Below, in pieces: positions 47,023-57,102 of a stretch of 60,900 bases of DNA. Source of the DNA: Halanaerobiales bacterium (lineage in GTDB: Bacteria; Bacillota; Halanaerobiia; Halanaerobiales; M55B127); assembly GCA_035312025.1 (NCBI GenBank), contig DATGCJ010000060.1, positions 1 through 60,900 on the forward strand. The letters run 5' to 3'. The position numbers and the translations under genes are program-made. How positions within the stretch are numbered: position 1 is the first letter of the stretch; each line of letters starts with the position of its first letter. The notes under the pieces were generated by a model. It worked only from the letters and a program-made list of their open reading frames with translations, ran no database searches and was not told where the DNA came from.

Positions 47023-47869
47023 CCTCTTTCTGCTGAAGTTCTTTATATATATCTTTATAACTATTGTAGCGCTCCTGTGAAATAAAACCTGCTTCTAATG
47101 CTTCTTTTACTTTACAGCCTGGTTCATGAGTATGGCTGCAGGTACTAAATTTGCAGCTGTTTTCATACTCTTCAAACTCGGGAAAATAATATTTTAAATC
47201 TGAGGAATCAATATTTTCTATCTCTATACTGCTGAAACCCGGGGTATCAGCCACAAAACCACGGCTGGGTAAAGTAATTAACTCTATATGTTTTGTAGTA
47301 TGTTTACCACGATTTAATTTTTTACTTACTTCTCTGGTCGGAAGATCTATATCTTCAACAATACTATTTATCAAAGTAGACTTACCACTGCCACTGGGGC
47401 CAGCTATAACCGAAATATTATTTTCCAACTTTTTATATAGTTCATTTAGACCGAGGTGTTTTTTGGCACTAATATAGAAAACGTCATAGCCAATATTTTT
47501 ATAAATTTGAAGTTCTTCTTTGACTTCTTCTAAATTATCAACTAAATCAACTTTATTAAAAACAACTAGAGGTTTTAACTCAGAAGACTCAACCATTAAA
47601 ATAAATCTATCCAGTAATTTTTTATCAAAGGGCGGTTTCTTTAAAGAGTGTAATACAATAACCTGTTCTACATTGGCAACCTTGGGCCTCATTAAGAGGT
47701 TTCCCCTTTCTTTAACAGACTCTACTATCTTGTCTTCTAAATTAATTTCAGCTACATCACCGGGATAGACTTTTTTTTGTATTTTGCCTCTAATCCGACA
47801 TTTATATACATCATTATTTGTCTTGACAAAAAAGAAACCACCCAGTGTTTTAGTTATTATACCTTCCAT
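47006..47869 (-). CDS. rsgA: ribosome small subunit-dependent GTPase A
   Basis: Has an OB-fold N-terminus, NKVDL, the GPSGSGKSTLIN P-loop and the C-terminal Zn motif C..C.H..EPGC. Confidence 0.9.
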   Translation of the reverse strand: MEGIITKTLGGFFFVKTNNDVYKCRIRGKIQKKVYPGDVAEINLEDKIVESVKERGNLLMRPKVANVEQVIVLHSLKKPPFDKKLLDRFILMVESSELKPLVVFNKVDLVDNLEEVKEELQIYKNIGYDVFYISAKKHLGLNELYKKLENNISVIAGPSGSGKSTLINSIVEDIDLPTREVSKKLNRGKHTTKHIELITLPSRGFVADTPGFSSIEIENIDSSDLKYYFPEFEEYENSCKFSTCSHTHEPGCKVKEALEAGFISQERYNSYKDIYKELQQKEDDLYG

Positions 47870-47883
47870 TAAAAACCTCCCAG

Positions 47884-49839
47884 TTAAGCACCTATTTCTT
47901 TTGATTTTATTAACTCCCCATCCCTATATATTTCCAGGACGGTTGGTCCCACACTATATATCGTTTCATTAACGTATTCGCCGGGACTATGAGTTTTTTG
48001 ATAAGCAACTTCTTCACCATTACTATCTTTTACAACAATTTTGATTTCCTGATTATTACTACCCACAATATTGATTCCGATATTGGTTTTATGTTCTTGG
48101 AAATCACCTTTGTTGACTAAACCAGTACTAATACCAAGATCTACCGTTGAATTTTCCGGTACATTTTCGCCTGCCTCATACTGCTGGTTCATAATTAAAC
48201 CTTCTTCATATCGGGTAGATTCTCCATAATTTAATTTTCCCACTTTTAATCCATTTCGTTGGATTAAGTTAAAGGCCCTCTCTTTATCCACCCCTAAAAG
48301 GGACGGCATAGTTACCATGATGGGTTGAGGTCCTTTACTCACTACAAGTTCCACCTGCGTATTTATCTCAGTTTCGCTGCCTGGTTCAGGACTCTGTGAA
48401 ATTATATAATTCTCGCGGTACTGTTCACTATACTCATAACTTACTTCTTGTAAAGACAGGCCGAGATTATCTAAAATTACTTCAGCCTCTCTCAGAGGCC
48501 TATTATTGAAATCAGGTAGTTCAACAATTTTAGGTCCTTTACTTACCGTGACAACTACATTTCTGGTCTGTTTGATACGTTCACCTGGTTTCGGTTCCTG
48601 GGTAACTATATATCCTTCTTCAATATCATTATGAAATACTGCTTCCTCCGATTTTTCAAGGTTCAAACCCTGTTGGGCAGCAATATCCTCTGCCTCACTG
48701 AATTCTTTTTCTACTAAATTTGGCACCTTAACAATCGGAACCTCAGTATATACTTTAAAGAAATATACTAGTCCAAACACGGAAGCAGATGCCAAAATAA
48801 CTACTACTAACGCCCAGATCACCCATTTATTTAACTTAAAACCTTTCTTTTTCTCAGGTGTGAAGAAACTTTTATCGGTTTTTGATGTTTTAGAGTTAAC
48901 TTTTTTATCCTGTTCTTTTTCTTTTTCTAAACCTTCTTTTTTGATATCTGATTTATTTAAAATTTTGGTTTGACTACCTTCTTCGCCTGTTTTTTCTTCC
49001 TTGAACTGGTCACTAGCTTCAATATTTTTTATAGCCATGATAATTTCTTCCCTTAACTGGGAAGCACTTTCCTGCCTATCTTCTGGCTCTTTAGAAAGAG
49101 TTTTCATCACCAGTTCGTTAACTTCTTCTGGTACAGAAGGAAAAACTTCTTTTAATTCTTTGGGCTCTTTTTGAATGTGCTTTAATGCTACCGAAATAGG
49201 GCTTTCCCCTTTAAAAGGCACCCGCCCGGAGAGCATCTCATATAATACGACCCCAATAGAATAAATATCTGAATATGTATTTATTTCTTTCCCCTGAGCC
49301 TGTTCAGGAGAAAAATAATGGGCACTGCCCATTATAGTATCTGTAATTGTCATTGTAGAAGAAGATACAGCTCTGGCAATACCAAAGTCTGTAACCTTTA
49401 CCTGGTTATTATCAGTAATTAATATATTATGAGGTTTAATATCACAATGTACAATATTGTTTTCATGGGCCACCTCTACCCCGGCTGTAACCTGGTTAGC
49501 AATATCTAAAGCTTCCACTACAGATAGTTGGCCTCTCTTTTTAATAAGGCTTTTTAAATCTTTGCCTTCAATATATTCCATTACTAGATAAAGGCTCTCT
49601 TCACTTTCTACAATATCATATATACTAACCACGTTCGGGTGGGTTATTCTTGCCACGGCTTTGGCTTCATGGCGAAATTTGTTAATGAAGTCTTCATCCG
49701 AAACAAATTCTGGTCGAAGCATTTTTATAGCTACTTTACGATCAAGTAGTATATCCTGTGCTTCATATACCAAGGCCATACCACCGCTGCCTCTCTGTTT
49801 TTTAATCTTATATCTGTCATTTAATAATTTACCAATCAT
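47884..49839 (-). CDS. prkC: Ser/Thr protein kinase with extracellular PASTA repeats
   Basis: Has a Hanks kinase domain (GGMALVY, HCDIKPHN, DFGIA), a single TM helix and three PASTA-like repeats. Length is 651 aa. Confidence 0.9.
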   Translation of the reverse strand: MIGKLLNDRYKIKKQRGSGGMALVYEAQDILLDRKVAIKMLRPEFVSDEDFINKFRHEAKAVARITHPNVVSIYDIVESEESLYLVMEYIEGKDLKSLIKKRGQLSVVEALDIANQVTAGVEVAHENNIVHCDIKPHNILITDNNQVKVTDFGIARAVSSSTMTITDTIMGSAHYFSPEQAQGKEINTYSDIYSIGVVLYEMLSGRVPFKGESPISVALKHIQKEPKELKEVFPSVPEEVNELVMKTLSKEPEDRQESASQLREEIIMAIKNIEASDQFKEEKTGEEGSQTKILNKSDIKKEGLEKEKEQDKKVNSKTSKTDKSFFTPEKKKGFKLNKWVIWALVVVILASASVFGLVYFFKVYTEVPIVKVPNLVEKEFSEAEDIAAQQGLNLEKSEEAVFHNDIEEGYIVTQEPKPGERIKQTRNVVVTVSKGPKIVELPDFNNRPLREAEVILDNLGLSLQEVSYEYSEQYRENYIISQSPEPGSETEINTQVELVVSKGPQPIMVTMPSLLGVDKERAFNLIQRNGLKVGKLNYGESTRYEEGLIMNQQYEAGENVPENSTVDLGISTGLVNKGDFQEHKTNIGINIVGSNNQEIKIVVKDSNGEEVAYQKTHSPGEYVNETIYSVGPTVLEIYRDGELIKSKEIGA

Positions 49840-49856
49840 ATTGACACCTCATAGAA

Positions 49857-50567
49857 TTATAACTTTCCCATTATAATTGTAATATTATCAGTACCACCAT
49901 TTGTTAACGCTTTCGAACCTAACTCTTCAATCATCTCTTTTATAGATTGATCCTTTTTGAATATCTCTTGAATATTTTCAAATCTAATCATATCACTTAA
50001 ACCATCTGTGCACAACATAATGATGTCTTCCTTTGATATATCTACTTTATCAGTTTGAATTTCCAAATCTTTATCAATACCTAAAGCCTGTGTAATAATG
50101 TTTTTCTTGGGGTGATCAAAGGCTTCATCCGGACTAATTGATTTATTTTCAATTAAATCATTTACCAGGGAATGGTCAGTGGTAATTTGGTTTAAATCAC
50201 CGTTAAAAAGGTAAATCCTACTATCGCCAACATGACCATAATATAGTTGATTATCTTTTAATATCCCCAAGGTAAGGGTGGTTCCCATATCCTGGTAATT
50301 TTCATAATCCTGAGAACAATCCCTGATATTTTGGTTAGCCTCTGTAATCACAGACTTTATCTGGGGGATGATCTCCTGGTCAAATTCAAACGTATAATCT
50401 CTTATACTCTCAATTGCAATTTCACTGGCAACTTCACCGGCATTATGGCCTCCCATACCATCGGCAACGGCCAGCACTGCAGTCTTTTCCTCCGGCTGAA
50501 GTATTAGATAACTATCTTCATTTTTTTGTCTGTTATTCCCGATATTGGTAAAGATATGAAAACTCAT
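49857..50567 (-). CDS. prpC: PP2C-family Ser/Thr phosphatase
   Basis: Has NEDS, ADGMGGH, LCTDGL and DNIT motifs. Length is 236 aa, directly upstream of prkC. Confidence 0.9.
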   Translation of the reverse strand: MSFHIFTNIGNNRQKNEDSYLILQPEEKTAVLAVADGMGGHNAGEVASEIAIESIRDYTFEFDQEIIPQIKSVITEANQNIRDCSQDYENYQDMGTTLTLGILKDNQLYYGHVGDSRIYLFNGDLNQITTDHSLVNDLIENKSISPDEAFDHPKKNIITQALGIDKDLEIQTDKVDISKEDIIMLCTDGLSDMIRFENIQEIFKKDQSIKEMIEELGSKALTNGGTDNITIIMGKL

Positions 50568-50569
50568 GA

Positions 50570-51628
50570 TTAACCTCCATTTTGATAACTAGCACGCAGC
50601 TGTCCACAGGCTGCTTTTATATTAGTACCTTTTTCAATTCTAATGGTAACAGGAATATTGTTTTTTTCCAAATTATCTTTAAAATAGTTGATGATATCTT
50701 TATTAGGTCGTTCAATATTTAATTCCGGTACTGGGTTGACCGGAATTAAATTGACATGAACTAACTTATTTTTTAACAGTGAAACTAACTGTTCGGCATG
50801 AACTTTCTTATCATTAATTCCTTTCATCAATACATATTCAAAGGTTACCCTTCGATTAGTTTTATCAATATAGTATTGGACGGACTCCATTAATTTGTCT
50901 AAATCATATTTTTTATTAATGGGCATTAAATAATCCCTGAGCTCATCATTGGGGGCGTTTAAAGAAATAGCCAGACCGATCTGCTGATTTTCATCAGCTA
51001 ATCTTTTGATCTTATCAATAATACCGGAAGTAGAAATTGTCATTTTCCGCATGCCGATATTTAAGCCTTTCTTATCATTTAAAATTGAAACAGCCTTATT
51101 TAAATTATCATAATTTAAAAAGGGTTCTCCCATCCCCATAAAAACTATATTTGTTACCGGGGTATCTTTATATTGCTCTTCACTTATATCAATCTGTATT
51201 TTCAGGATCTGTTCAATAATTTCTCCCGCGTTTAGATCTCTCTTTAAACCACCGATCCCGGTCGCACAAAATTTACAGCCAATTGAACAACCAATCTGGC
51301 TGGAGACACAGATCGAATATCTATTTTCATCATAATATGGTAAAAAGACACTTTCTACTAATTTATCATCAGCTGTTTTCCAGAGGTACTTTTGGGTACC
51401 GTCTTCAGCTATTAATTTTTTGTCCAAAGAAAACTTTGAAATTGTATATTTACTATCTAATTTTTTTATTAAATCAACCGGTAAATTAGACATCTTATCA
51501 AAGTCTAATACACCGTTTTGATATATCCAGTTAAAAACCTGTTCGGCTCTATATGAAGCTATATCACTTTGTTGAAATTCTTTTTTTAAACCATTTAAAT
51601 CAAAACTTAAGATATGCTTTTTATTCAT
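50570..51628 (-). CDS. rlmN: 23S rRNA/tRNA (adenine-C2)-methyltransferase, radical SAM
   Basis: Has the radical SAM CSIGCKFCATG motif, MGMGEP and a C-terminal ACGQL. The ATG at 51628 overlaps the upstream stop as GATGAATAA and is preferred over 51652. Confidence 0.95.
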   Translation of the reverse strand: MNKKHILSFDLNGLKKEFQQSDIASYRAEQVFNWIYQNGVLDFDKMSNLPVDLIKKLDSKYTISKFSLDKKLIAEDGTQKYLWKTADDKLVESVFLPYYDENRYSICVSSQIGCSIGCKFCATGIGGLKRDLNAGEIIEQILKIQIDISEEQYKDTPVTNIVFMGMGEPFLNYDNLNKAVSILNDKKGLNIGMRKMTISTSGIIDKIKRLADENQQIGLAISLNAPNDELRDYLMPINKKYDLDKLMESVQYYIDKTNRRVTFEYVLMKGINDKKVHAEQLVSLLKNKLVHVNLIPVNPVPELNIERPNKDIINYFKDNLEKNNIPVTIRIEKGTNIKAACGQLRASYQNGG

Positions 51629-52307
51629 CGCTACCCATTCCAAATAATACAACTATCCTCAGCAGATTTACCAGGGCCACTAAAGTAGCGGAAACATAAG
51701 TGAAAGCAGCTGCTCGCAGAACCTTTTTAGCACCCTTTAATTCTTTCTGGTTTAAGATGTTGTTTTTCTTAAGCATCGTTAACGCTCTATTGCTAGCATT
51801 AAATTCAACAGGCAGGGTAACTAAATGAAATACAAAGGCCCCTAAAAACATAATAAATCCGAGAGCGATCATAAACTGTGATTGCAGGAAAAATCCGATA
51901 ATAGCCATTGGTAATCCCCAATTAGAACCTATACTGGCTGCAGGTACTATCTTAGCCCTGATCTGCAGGGGGGTATAACCCTTTGCATCCTGAATAGCAT
52001 GGCCTGCTTCATGGGCTGCCACTCCAATGGCAGCAATGGATTTACTATTATAAATACTTTGGGATAAATTTAATACTTTATTTCGAGGATCATAATGGTC
52101 ACTTAATTCTCCCTGGATTCTTTTTATACTTACATCCTTGATACCGTTTTTTGCTAAAAGCTCGCTGACGATATCAGCAGCGGTCCGATTTACATTTGTA
52201 TTTATTTCCGAATACTTATTAAAAGTACTTTTGACTTTATATTGAGCATACATTGCAATTAATAACACGGGTATTAACATTAAAATTGTGGGGTCATAAA
52301 AAAACAT
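51621..52307 (-). CDS. membrane zinc metallopeptidase (Zn_peptidase_2-like)
   Basis: Has a HEAGHA zinc motif, TM helices at both ends and a length of 228 aa. Confidence 0.8.
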   Translation of the reverse strand: MFFYDPTILMLIPVLLIAMYAQYKVKSTFNKYSEINTNVNRTAADIVSELLAKNGIKDVSIKRIQGELSDHYDPRNKVLNLSQSIYNSKSIAAIGVAAHEAGHAIQDAKGYTPLQIRAKIVPAASIGSNWGLPMAIIGFFLQSQFMIALGFIMFLGAFVFHLVTLPVEFNASNRALTMLKKNNILNQKELKGAKKVLRAAAFTYVSATLVALVNLLRIVVLFGMGSDE

Positions 52308-52313
52308 AATAGA

Positions 52314-53261
52314 TCACTCCTTTTTGCTTTCTAACCTTGTTCCTTCCTCTATCTCATATCCTCTTAAAAAATCTGGTGTAGACATTCTTTTTTTACCCGC
52401 TAATTGTAACTTTTCAATTTTTAAAAGACCTTTACCGGTTTGAATATATAAACCTTCCTCCGGCTCAGCTTTTATTACTGTACCGGTTTTTTTATCTGTA
52501 TTATCATCTACCGGTTTTACTTCAAATATCTTTAATAATTTACCGTCAAGATAGGTAAAAGAGCCCGGCCAGGGATTCATAGCTTTGACAAAGTAATACA
52601 AGTCCTGACTGGACTTTTGCCAATCTATAAGACCGTCTTCTTTACTTAATTGGCCGGTGTAACTAGCTTTATCTTCTGTTTGACTAAGTCGGGGTACTGA
52701 ACCTTCTTTTAGCTTAACAACCGTTTCTCTTAACAGTTTAGCACCAACTTCGGCCAGTTTATCATGCAGGTCACCGGCATTATATTCTTCTTTTATTGCA
52801 ACCTCTCTTTGGTATATTATATCACCGGTATCAAGCCCCTCATCCATAAACATAGTGGTAACTCCGGTGGTATCTTTACCATCCATTATCGCCTGTTGTA
52901 TAGGGCTAGAACCCCTATATTCAGGTAATAAGGAGGCGTGCAGGTTGATACAGCCTGCCCGGGGTAGATCAAGCAGCTCTTTTGATAAAATCTGCCCATA
53001 AGCAACTACCACCATTAAGTCTATATCTCTTTTATTTAACTTCTTTATAAAATCATCATCGTTTATATTTGCGGGCTGTAATACCTCTATATCATGTTTT
53101 AATGCCTCTTTTTTGACAGGAGTATACCTAACCTTTTTACCCCTGCCCCTTCTTTTATCGGGTTGTGTTATAACTGCCTCAATATTTATTTTATCTTCTT
53201 TTACTAATTCTTTTAGGCTTGGTACGGAAAAGTCCGGAGTACCCGTAAATATAATCTTCAT
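52314..53261 (-). CDS. fmt: methionyl-tRNA formyltransferase
   Basis: Has MKIIFTGTPDF, HASLLP.YRG and a C-terminal tRNA-binding domain. Length is 315 aa. Confidence 0.95.
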   Translation of the reverse strand: MKIIFTGTPDFSVPSLKELVKEDKINIEAVITQPDKRRGRGKKVRYTPVKKEALKHDIEVLQPANINDDDFIKKLNKRDIDLMVVVAYGQILSKELLDLPRAGCINLHASLLPEYRGSSPIQQAIMDGKDTTGVTTMFMDEGLDTGDIIYQREVAIKEEYNAGDLHDKLAEVGAKLLRETVVKLKEGSVPRLSQTEDKASYTGQLSKEDGLIDWQKSSQDLYYFVKAMNPWPGSFTYLDGKLLKIFEVKPVDDNTDKKTGTVIKAEPEEGLYIQTGKGLLKIEKLQLAGKKRMSTPDFLRGYEIEEGTRLESKKE

Positions 53262-53270
53262 TTTTTATTA

Positions 53271-53741
53271 TCACTCCACCATTTCCGGTTCTTCATCTTT
53301 TACTTCAAGGGCTTTATCTACAAAAAGGATACCATTTAAATGATCTATCTCATGTAAGAAAGCCCTTGCTTTTAATCCTTCTAATTCATATTTAACTTCA
53401 TCACCTTGCTCATTAAGGCCTTTGATTGTAACTTCTTCTGCCCTTTTTACAAGACCAGTTTTACCGGGCACACTTAAACAGCCCTCTTCAGCAACCGCTT
53501 CCCCTTTCTTTTTAACCGCTACGGGATTTACAGTTACCTTAAGATCTTCTTCTATTTCAACAATGATAACTCTCTGTAAAACCCCAATCTGAGGGGCCGC
53601 TAAACCAATACCTTCAGCTGCTTCCATTGAATCTATCATATTATCTATTAATTCTCTTGTTTTATCAGTAATCTCTTCCACTTCTTTTGCTCTACTGCGT
53701 AAGACTGGATCACCAATCTCTCTTATGGGAAGTACTGCCAT
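53271..53741 (-). CDS. def: peptide deformylase
   Basis: Has the GIGLAAPQ, EGCLSVPG and HEIDHLNG motifs. The ATG at 53741 follows SD GAGGTGG and is preferred over 53750. Confidence 0.95.
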   Translation of the reverse strand: MAVLPIREIGDPVLRSRAKEVEEITDKTRELIDNMIDSMEAAEGIGLAAPQIGVLQRVIIVEIEEDLKVTVNPVAVKKKGEAVAEEGCLSVPGKTGLVKRAEEVTIKGLNEQGDEVKYELEGLKARAFLHEIDHLNGILFVDKALEVKDEEPEMVE

Positions 53742-53762
53742 CTTTACCACCTCTTTAAAATA

Positions 53763-55997
53763 TTATAACATCGATATTGGATCCACATCAATATTATACT
53801 TTACATTCATACTAATGTTTTTTAAAAATTCATCTTTTAGTTTTTTTAATATACTTGTCCTATTATCAAGGTCATCGAATTTTAATAACAACTGCACCCT
53901 ATACCTACCCCTGATCCTTTCAATAGGAGCTGGGGAAGGTCCAATTATCTTCTTTATTTTATAATCTTTTATATGATTATACAACTTTTTTGCAGCTTTT
54001 TCAGCTTTATTTTTCTTTTTATGATTTATTGTAATGTTGACCAGATTTGTAAAAGGCGGGTACTGCAGTGCTTTACGCAGTCCAATTTCCTTTTTGTAAA
54101 AATATTGATAATCATGTTCTTTAGCCGCTAAAATACTATAATGATCGGGATTATAGGTCTGAATCGCTACAACCCCTTTCTTTTTGCCACGACCTGTTCT
54201 GCCAGCTACCTGAGTCAATAATTGAAAGGTTCTCTCGGAAGATCTAAAGTCAGGTAGATTCATCATAGTGTCAGCTGTGATAACACCTACCAAGGATATA
54301 TTAGGATAATCATGGCCTTTTGCCACCATCTGAGTACCAATTAAAATATCAATTTCATTATTTTCTAACTTATTTAAAATCCTTCGGTGAGATCCTTTTC
54401 TAGTGGTAGTATCGTGGTCCATCCTGGCCACTTCAGCCTCGGGCAGCAATTTTTTAACTTCCTTTTCTATTCTTTCGGTCCCGATACCAAAATCCTTGAT
54501 ATACTTGCTGCTGCAGTTCGGACAATATTTTGGAATATCACGGGTTGCCCCACAATAATGACAGATTAATTTATCTTTCCCCTGGTGGTAGGTCATCGAT
54601 ATATCACAATTCTCACATTTAATGACCTCACCACAACTTCGACATAAGACAAAACTGGAATAGCCCCTGCGATTTAAAAATAAGATGGCTTGCTCACCTT
54701 TACTTAAAGTCTGTTTTAAACCATCCTCCAATTTACTGCTAAAAATAGATGGGTTCCCCTTTTTTAATTCTTCCGTCATATCTATAACTTCTACCGGGGG
54801 CATTTCTTTGTTGTCGATTCTAACTGGTAGAGAAAGATAAGTATAATCTCCTTCCTTAGCTTTATAATAACTTTCCAAAGAAGGTGTCGCTGAACCTAAA
54901 ACCAGATCAATATTATTTATTTCAGCCCTTTTTTGGGCAACTTCACGGGCGTGGTAATAAGGATGGTTGCCCTGTTTATAGGAATTTTCATGTTCTTCAT
55001 CGATAATAATTAGGCCGAGATCTTTAACCGGTGCAAAGATGGCCGAACGGGCCCCGATAACAATTTTAGCTTTACCTCTTTTTATATTCCGCCATTCATC
55101 ATATCTTTCTCCTGATGATAGGGCAGAATGTAAAACGGCTATTTGTTCACCAAAGCGACTATAAAATCGTTTCACCATTAAAGGAGTTAACGATATTTCG
55201 GGTACTAATAAAATAGCTCCTTGGCCGGCCTGTAATACCTCTTTGATTAACTGCATGTAGACTTCTGTTTTACCAGATCCGGTCACCCCATGCAGAAGGT
55301 AGGTATTGCTTTTGGGCTCAAATAGGTTGTTATTGATAGTTTGAAGCACTTCGGCTTGTGCTTTAGTGGGTTGTAATTCTGCTTTAAGCTCATTGTCATA
55401 ATCCTTATAGGGAATCCTTCTTTCTATGTTCTCTGTATATTCTAGATAATCTTTTTTAACCAGATAATTTATCGCACCCCGATATACATCTAATTTATCT
55501 AAAAGTCTTTTTACCTCAATTTCTTCGTTTTCATTCTCTTTAAAATAATTTAAAACCTTAAATTGACTGGGAGCACGATTTTCAAGCTCCTTAAGCTTTT
55601 TATCTATTTGCTTTTTTTCTAATTTTAATCTTACCGCTTTAACCGTTTTTTTACTTATCTTACCCTTAAAAACAGCTGTAGGAACAGCTGCTTTAATTAC
55701 ACTGATTAAAAGTGCACAGTAAAATTCACATATCCATTTATATAGTTTTAAATCACTTTCTTTAAAAAATATTTCATCTGTAATAAGACTATCTATCTCT
55801 TTTAATTTCTCTTTTTCAACCTCTGTTTCATCTTTGATATTTAAAATAAAAGCCCTTATTTTTCGCTTTCCAAATCTAACCTTAACAGCCATGCCAATCT
55901 TCAGTTTATCTACAAGTTCTTCCGGTACAACATAGTCATATATTTTATCAAATTTGGGTACAGGTAAATCAACTATTACTTCAGCAAATTTATTCAT
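53763..55997 (-). CDS. priA: primosomal protein N' (replication restart helicase)
   Basis: 744 aa, with GVTGSGKT, DEEH and the Cys-rich Zn-binding insert CRSCG..C..C...C.YCG...CP.C. Confidence 0.95.
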   Translation of the reverse strand: MNKFAEVIVDLPVPKFDKIYDYVVPEELVDKLKIGMAVKVRFGKRKIRAFILNIKDETEVEKEKLKEIDSLITDEIFFKESDLKLYKWICEFYCALLISVIKAAVPTAVFKGKISKKTVKAVRLKLEKKQIDKKLKELENRAPSQFKVLNYFKENENEEIEVKRLLDKLDVYRGAINYLVKKDYLEYTENIERRIPYKDYDNELKAELQPTKAQAEVLQTINNNLFEPKSNTYLLHGVTGSGKTEVYMQLIKEVLQAGQGAILLVPEISLTPLMVKRFYSRFGEQIAVLHSALSSGERYDEWRNIKRGKAKIVIGARSAIFAPVKDLGLIIIDEEHENSYKQGNHPYYHAREVAQKRAEINNIDLVLGSATPSLESYYKAKEGDYTYLSLPVRIDNKEMPPVEVIDMTEELKKGNPSIFSSKLEDGLKQTLSKGEQAILFLNRRGYSSFVLCRSCGEVIKCENCDISMTYHQGKDKLICHYCGATRDIPKYCPNCSSKYIKDFGIGTERIEKEVKKLLPEAEVARMDHDTTTRKGSHRRILNKLENNEIDILIGTQMVAKGHDYPNISLVGVITADTMMNLPDFRSSERTFQLLTQVAGRTGRGKKKGVVAIQTYNPDHYSILAAKEHDYQYFYKKEIGLRKALQYPPFTNLVNITINHKKKNKAEKAAKKLYNHIKDYKIKKIIGPSPAPIERIRGRYRVQLLLKFDDLDNRTSILKKLKDEFLKNISMNVKYNIDVDPISML

Positions 55998-57048
55998 TAT
56001 TATTCCTTCTTTTACTTATTTCTCTTAAAGCAAAAATACCGCCGATTACCAGGATTGTATAAAAGGTAAATAGTCTCCAGCCAAAGGTGACCAACCCTAC
56101 AATATCACTGGGAATAAAGGCCACAAACAAAGAGGCGAAACCAATTTCTGCTACACCACTTGCCCCTGGAGTTGGTGAATAAGGCAGCATCAGATAAAAA
56201 ATTGTCTGCATTATATAAGCCTGGAGAAAATGGGGTTCAGCCCCAAAGGACATTAAAACTACAGGCATGATCATAAACATACTGCTCCAGAAAACAATGG
56301 TATAAAAGGCGCCCCAAAATAAGCTCTTTTTGTTTTTTCTTAAGATACCAAACGACCTTCTAAAGTCTCTTAATTCTCTTCTGCTTTTAACCAACCATCT
56401 TTTTGCTTTATAACTTTTTTTAATAAAATTATTTATCTTGTTGATATTCAGGACATAATCTGTTAATTTATCCCCAATTTTAGGTATTAAGGTTAATAAA
56501 ATTATTCCTACAGAGATTAAAACACCCATTCCAAATGCTAAATAAAATATATAATCGGGTAGTACTCCCGCCGAAATATATTCATTAAAAAATATCAAAA
56601 AAATGGGGGTTAAAATACCAAAGTAAAATAATCTTAATAAAAAATTAGTAACAACTGCTGTAGAAGCTTTGCCCACATTAACTCCCTTCTTATGGAGAAA
56701 ATATATTTGAAATGGTCCGCCCCCACTTGCAAAAGGAGTAACATTAGAAACGAAAGCACCTGAAATATGGATAATCATACAGTCCTTTAAACTCAATTTT
56801 TTATCCACAGATGAGATCATTACTCTCAATCTCTGGCCAGCCGAGGCAATATTAATTAAGATTAACCCCATAATTATCCAGAGATATTTCATATCCATAC
56901 TTTTAAGTACTCTCTCCAAAGTATCTTCATCAATTGTAATTACTATAATAATAGCAGAGATCAATAAACTTAATACCACTGCCATTCTTAAACCCTTAAA
57001 TACGGTCTGTCGATCTATTCTACTTTCTTGTGTTTGCATAATTTCCAC
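55990..57048 (-). CDS. UPF0104/flippase-like (lysyl-PG synthase TM-region-like) membrane protein
   Basis: 352 aa and polytopic with about 8 TM helices. It has an N-terminal basic stretch and a central KK/RR loop, a pattern like the LPG_synthase_TM family. Function is unknown. Confidence 0.65.
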   Translation of the reverse strand: MEIMQTQESRIDRQTVFKGLRMAVVLSLLISAIIIVITIDEDTLERVLKSMDMKYLWIIMGLILINIASAGQRLRVMISSVDKKLSLKDCMIIHISGAFVSNVTPFASGGGPFQIYFLHKKGVNVGKASTAVVTNFLLRLFYFGILTPIFLIFFNEYISAGVLPDYIFYLAFGMGVLISVGIILLTLIPKIGDKLTDYVLNINKINNFIKKSYKAKRWLVKSRRELRDFRRSFGILRKNKKSLFWGAFYTIVFWSSMFMIMPVVLMSFGAEPHFLQAYIMQTIFYLMLPYSPTPGASGVAEIGFASLFVAFIPSDIVGLVTFGWRLFTFYTILVIGGIFALREISKRRNNNE

Positions 57049-57059
57049 CTCTTATAGGC

Positions 57060-57091
57060 AAGGCAAAACCGAAGGAAACAACTCCTCCGGT
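57060..57091 (-). terminator. possible terminator downstream of metK
   Basis: The minus strand reads ACCGGAGGA-GTTGTT-TCCTTCGGT, with 8 of 9 bp paired, followed only by TTTG. The U-tract is weak. Confidence 0.35.
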
Positions 57092-57102
57092 AAAAATATA
57101 TT

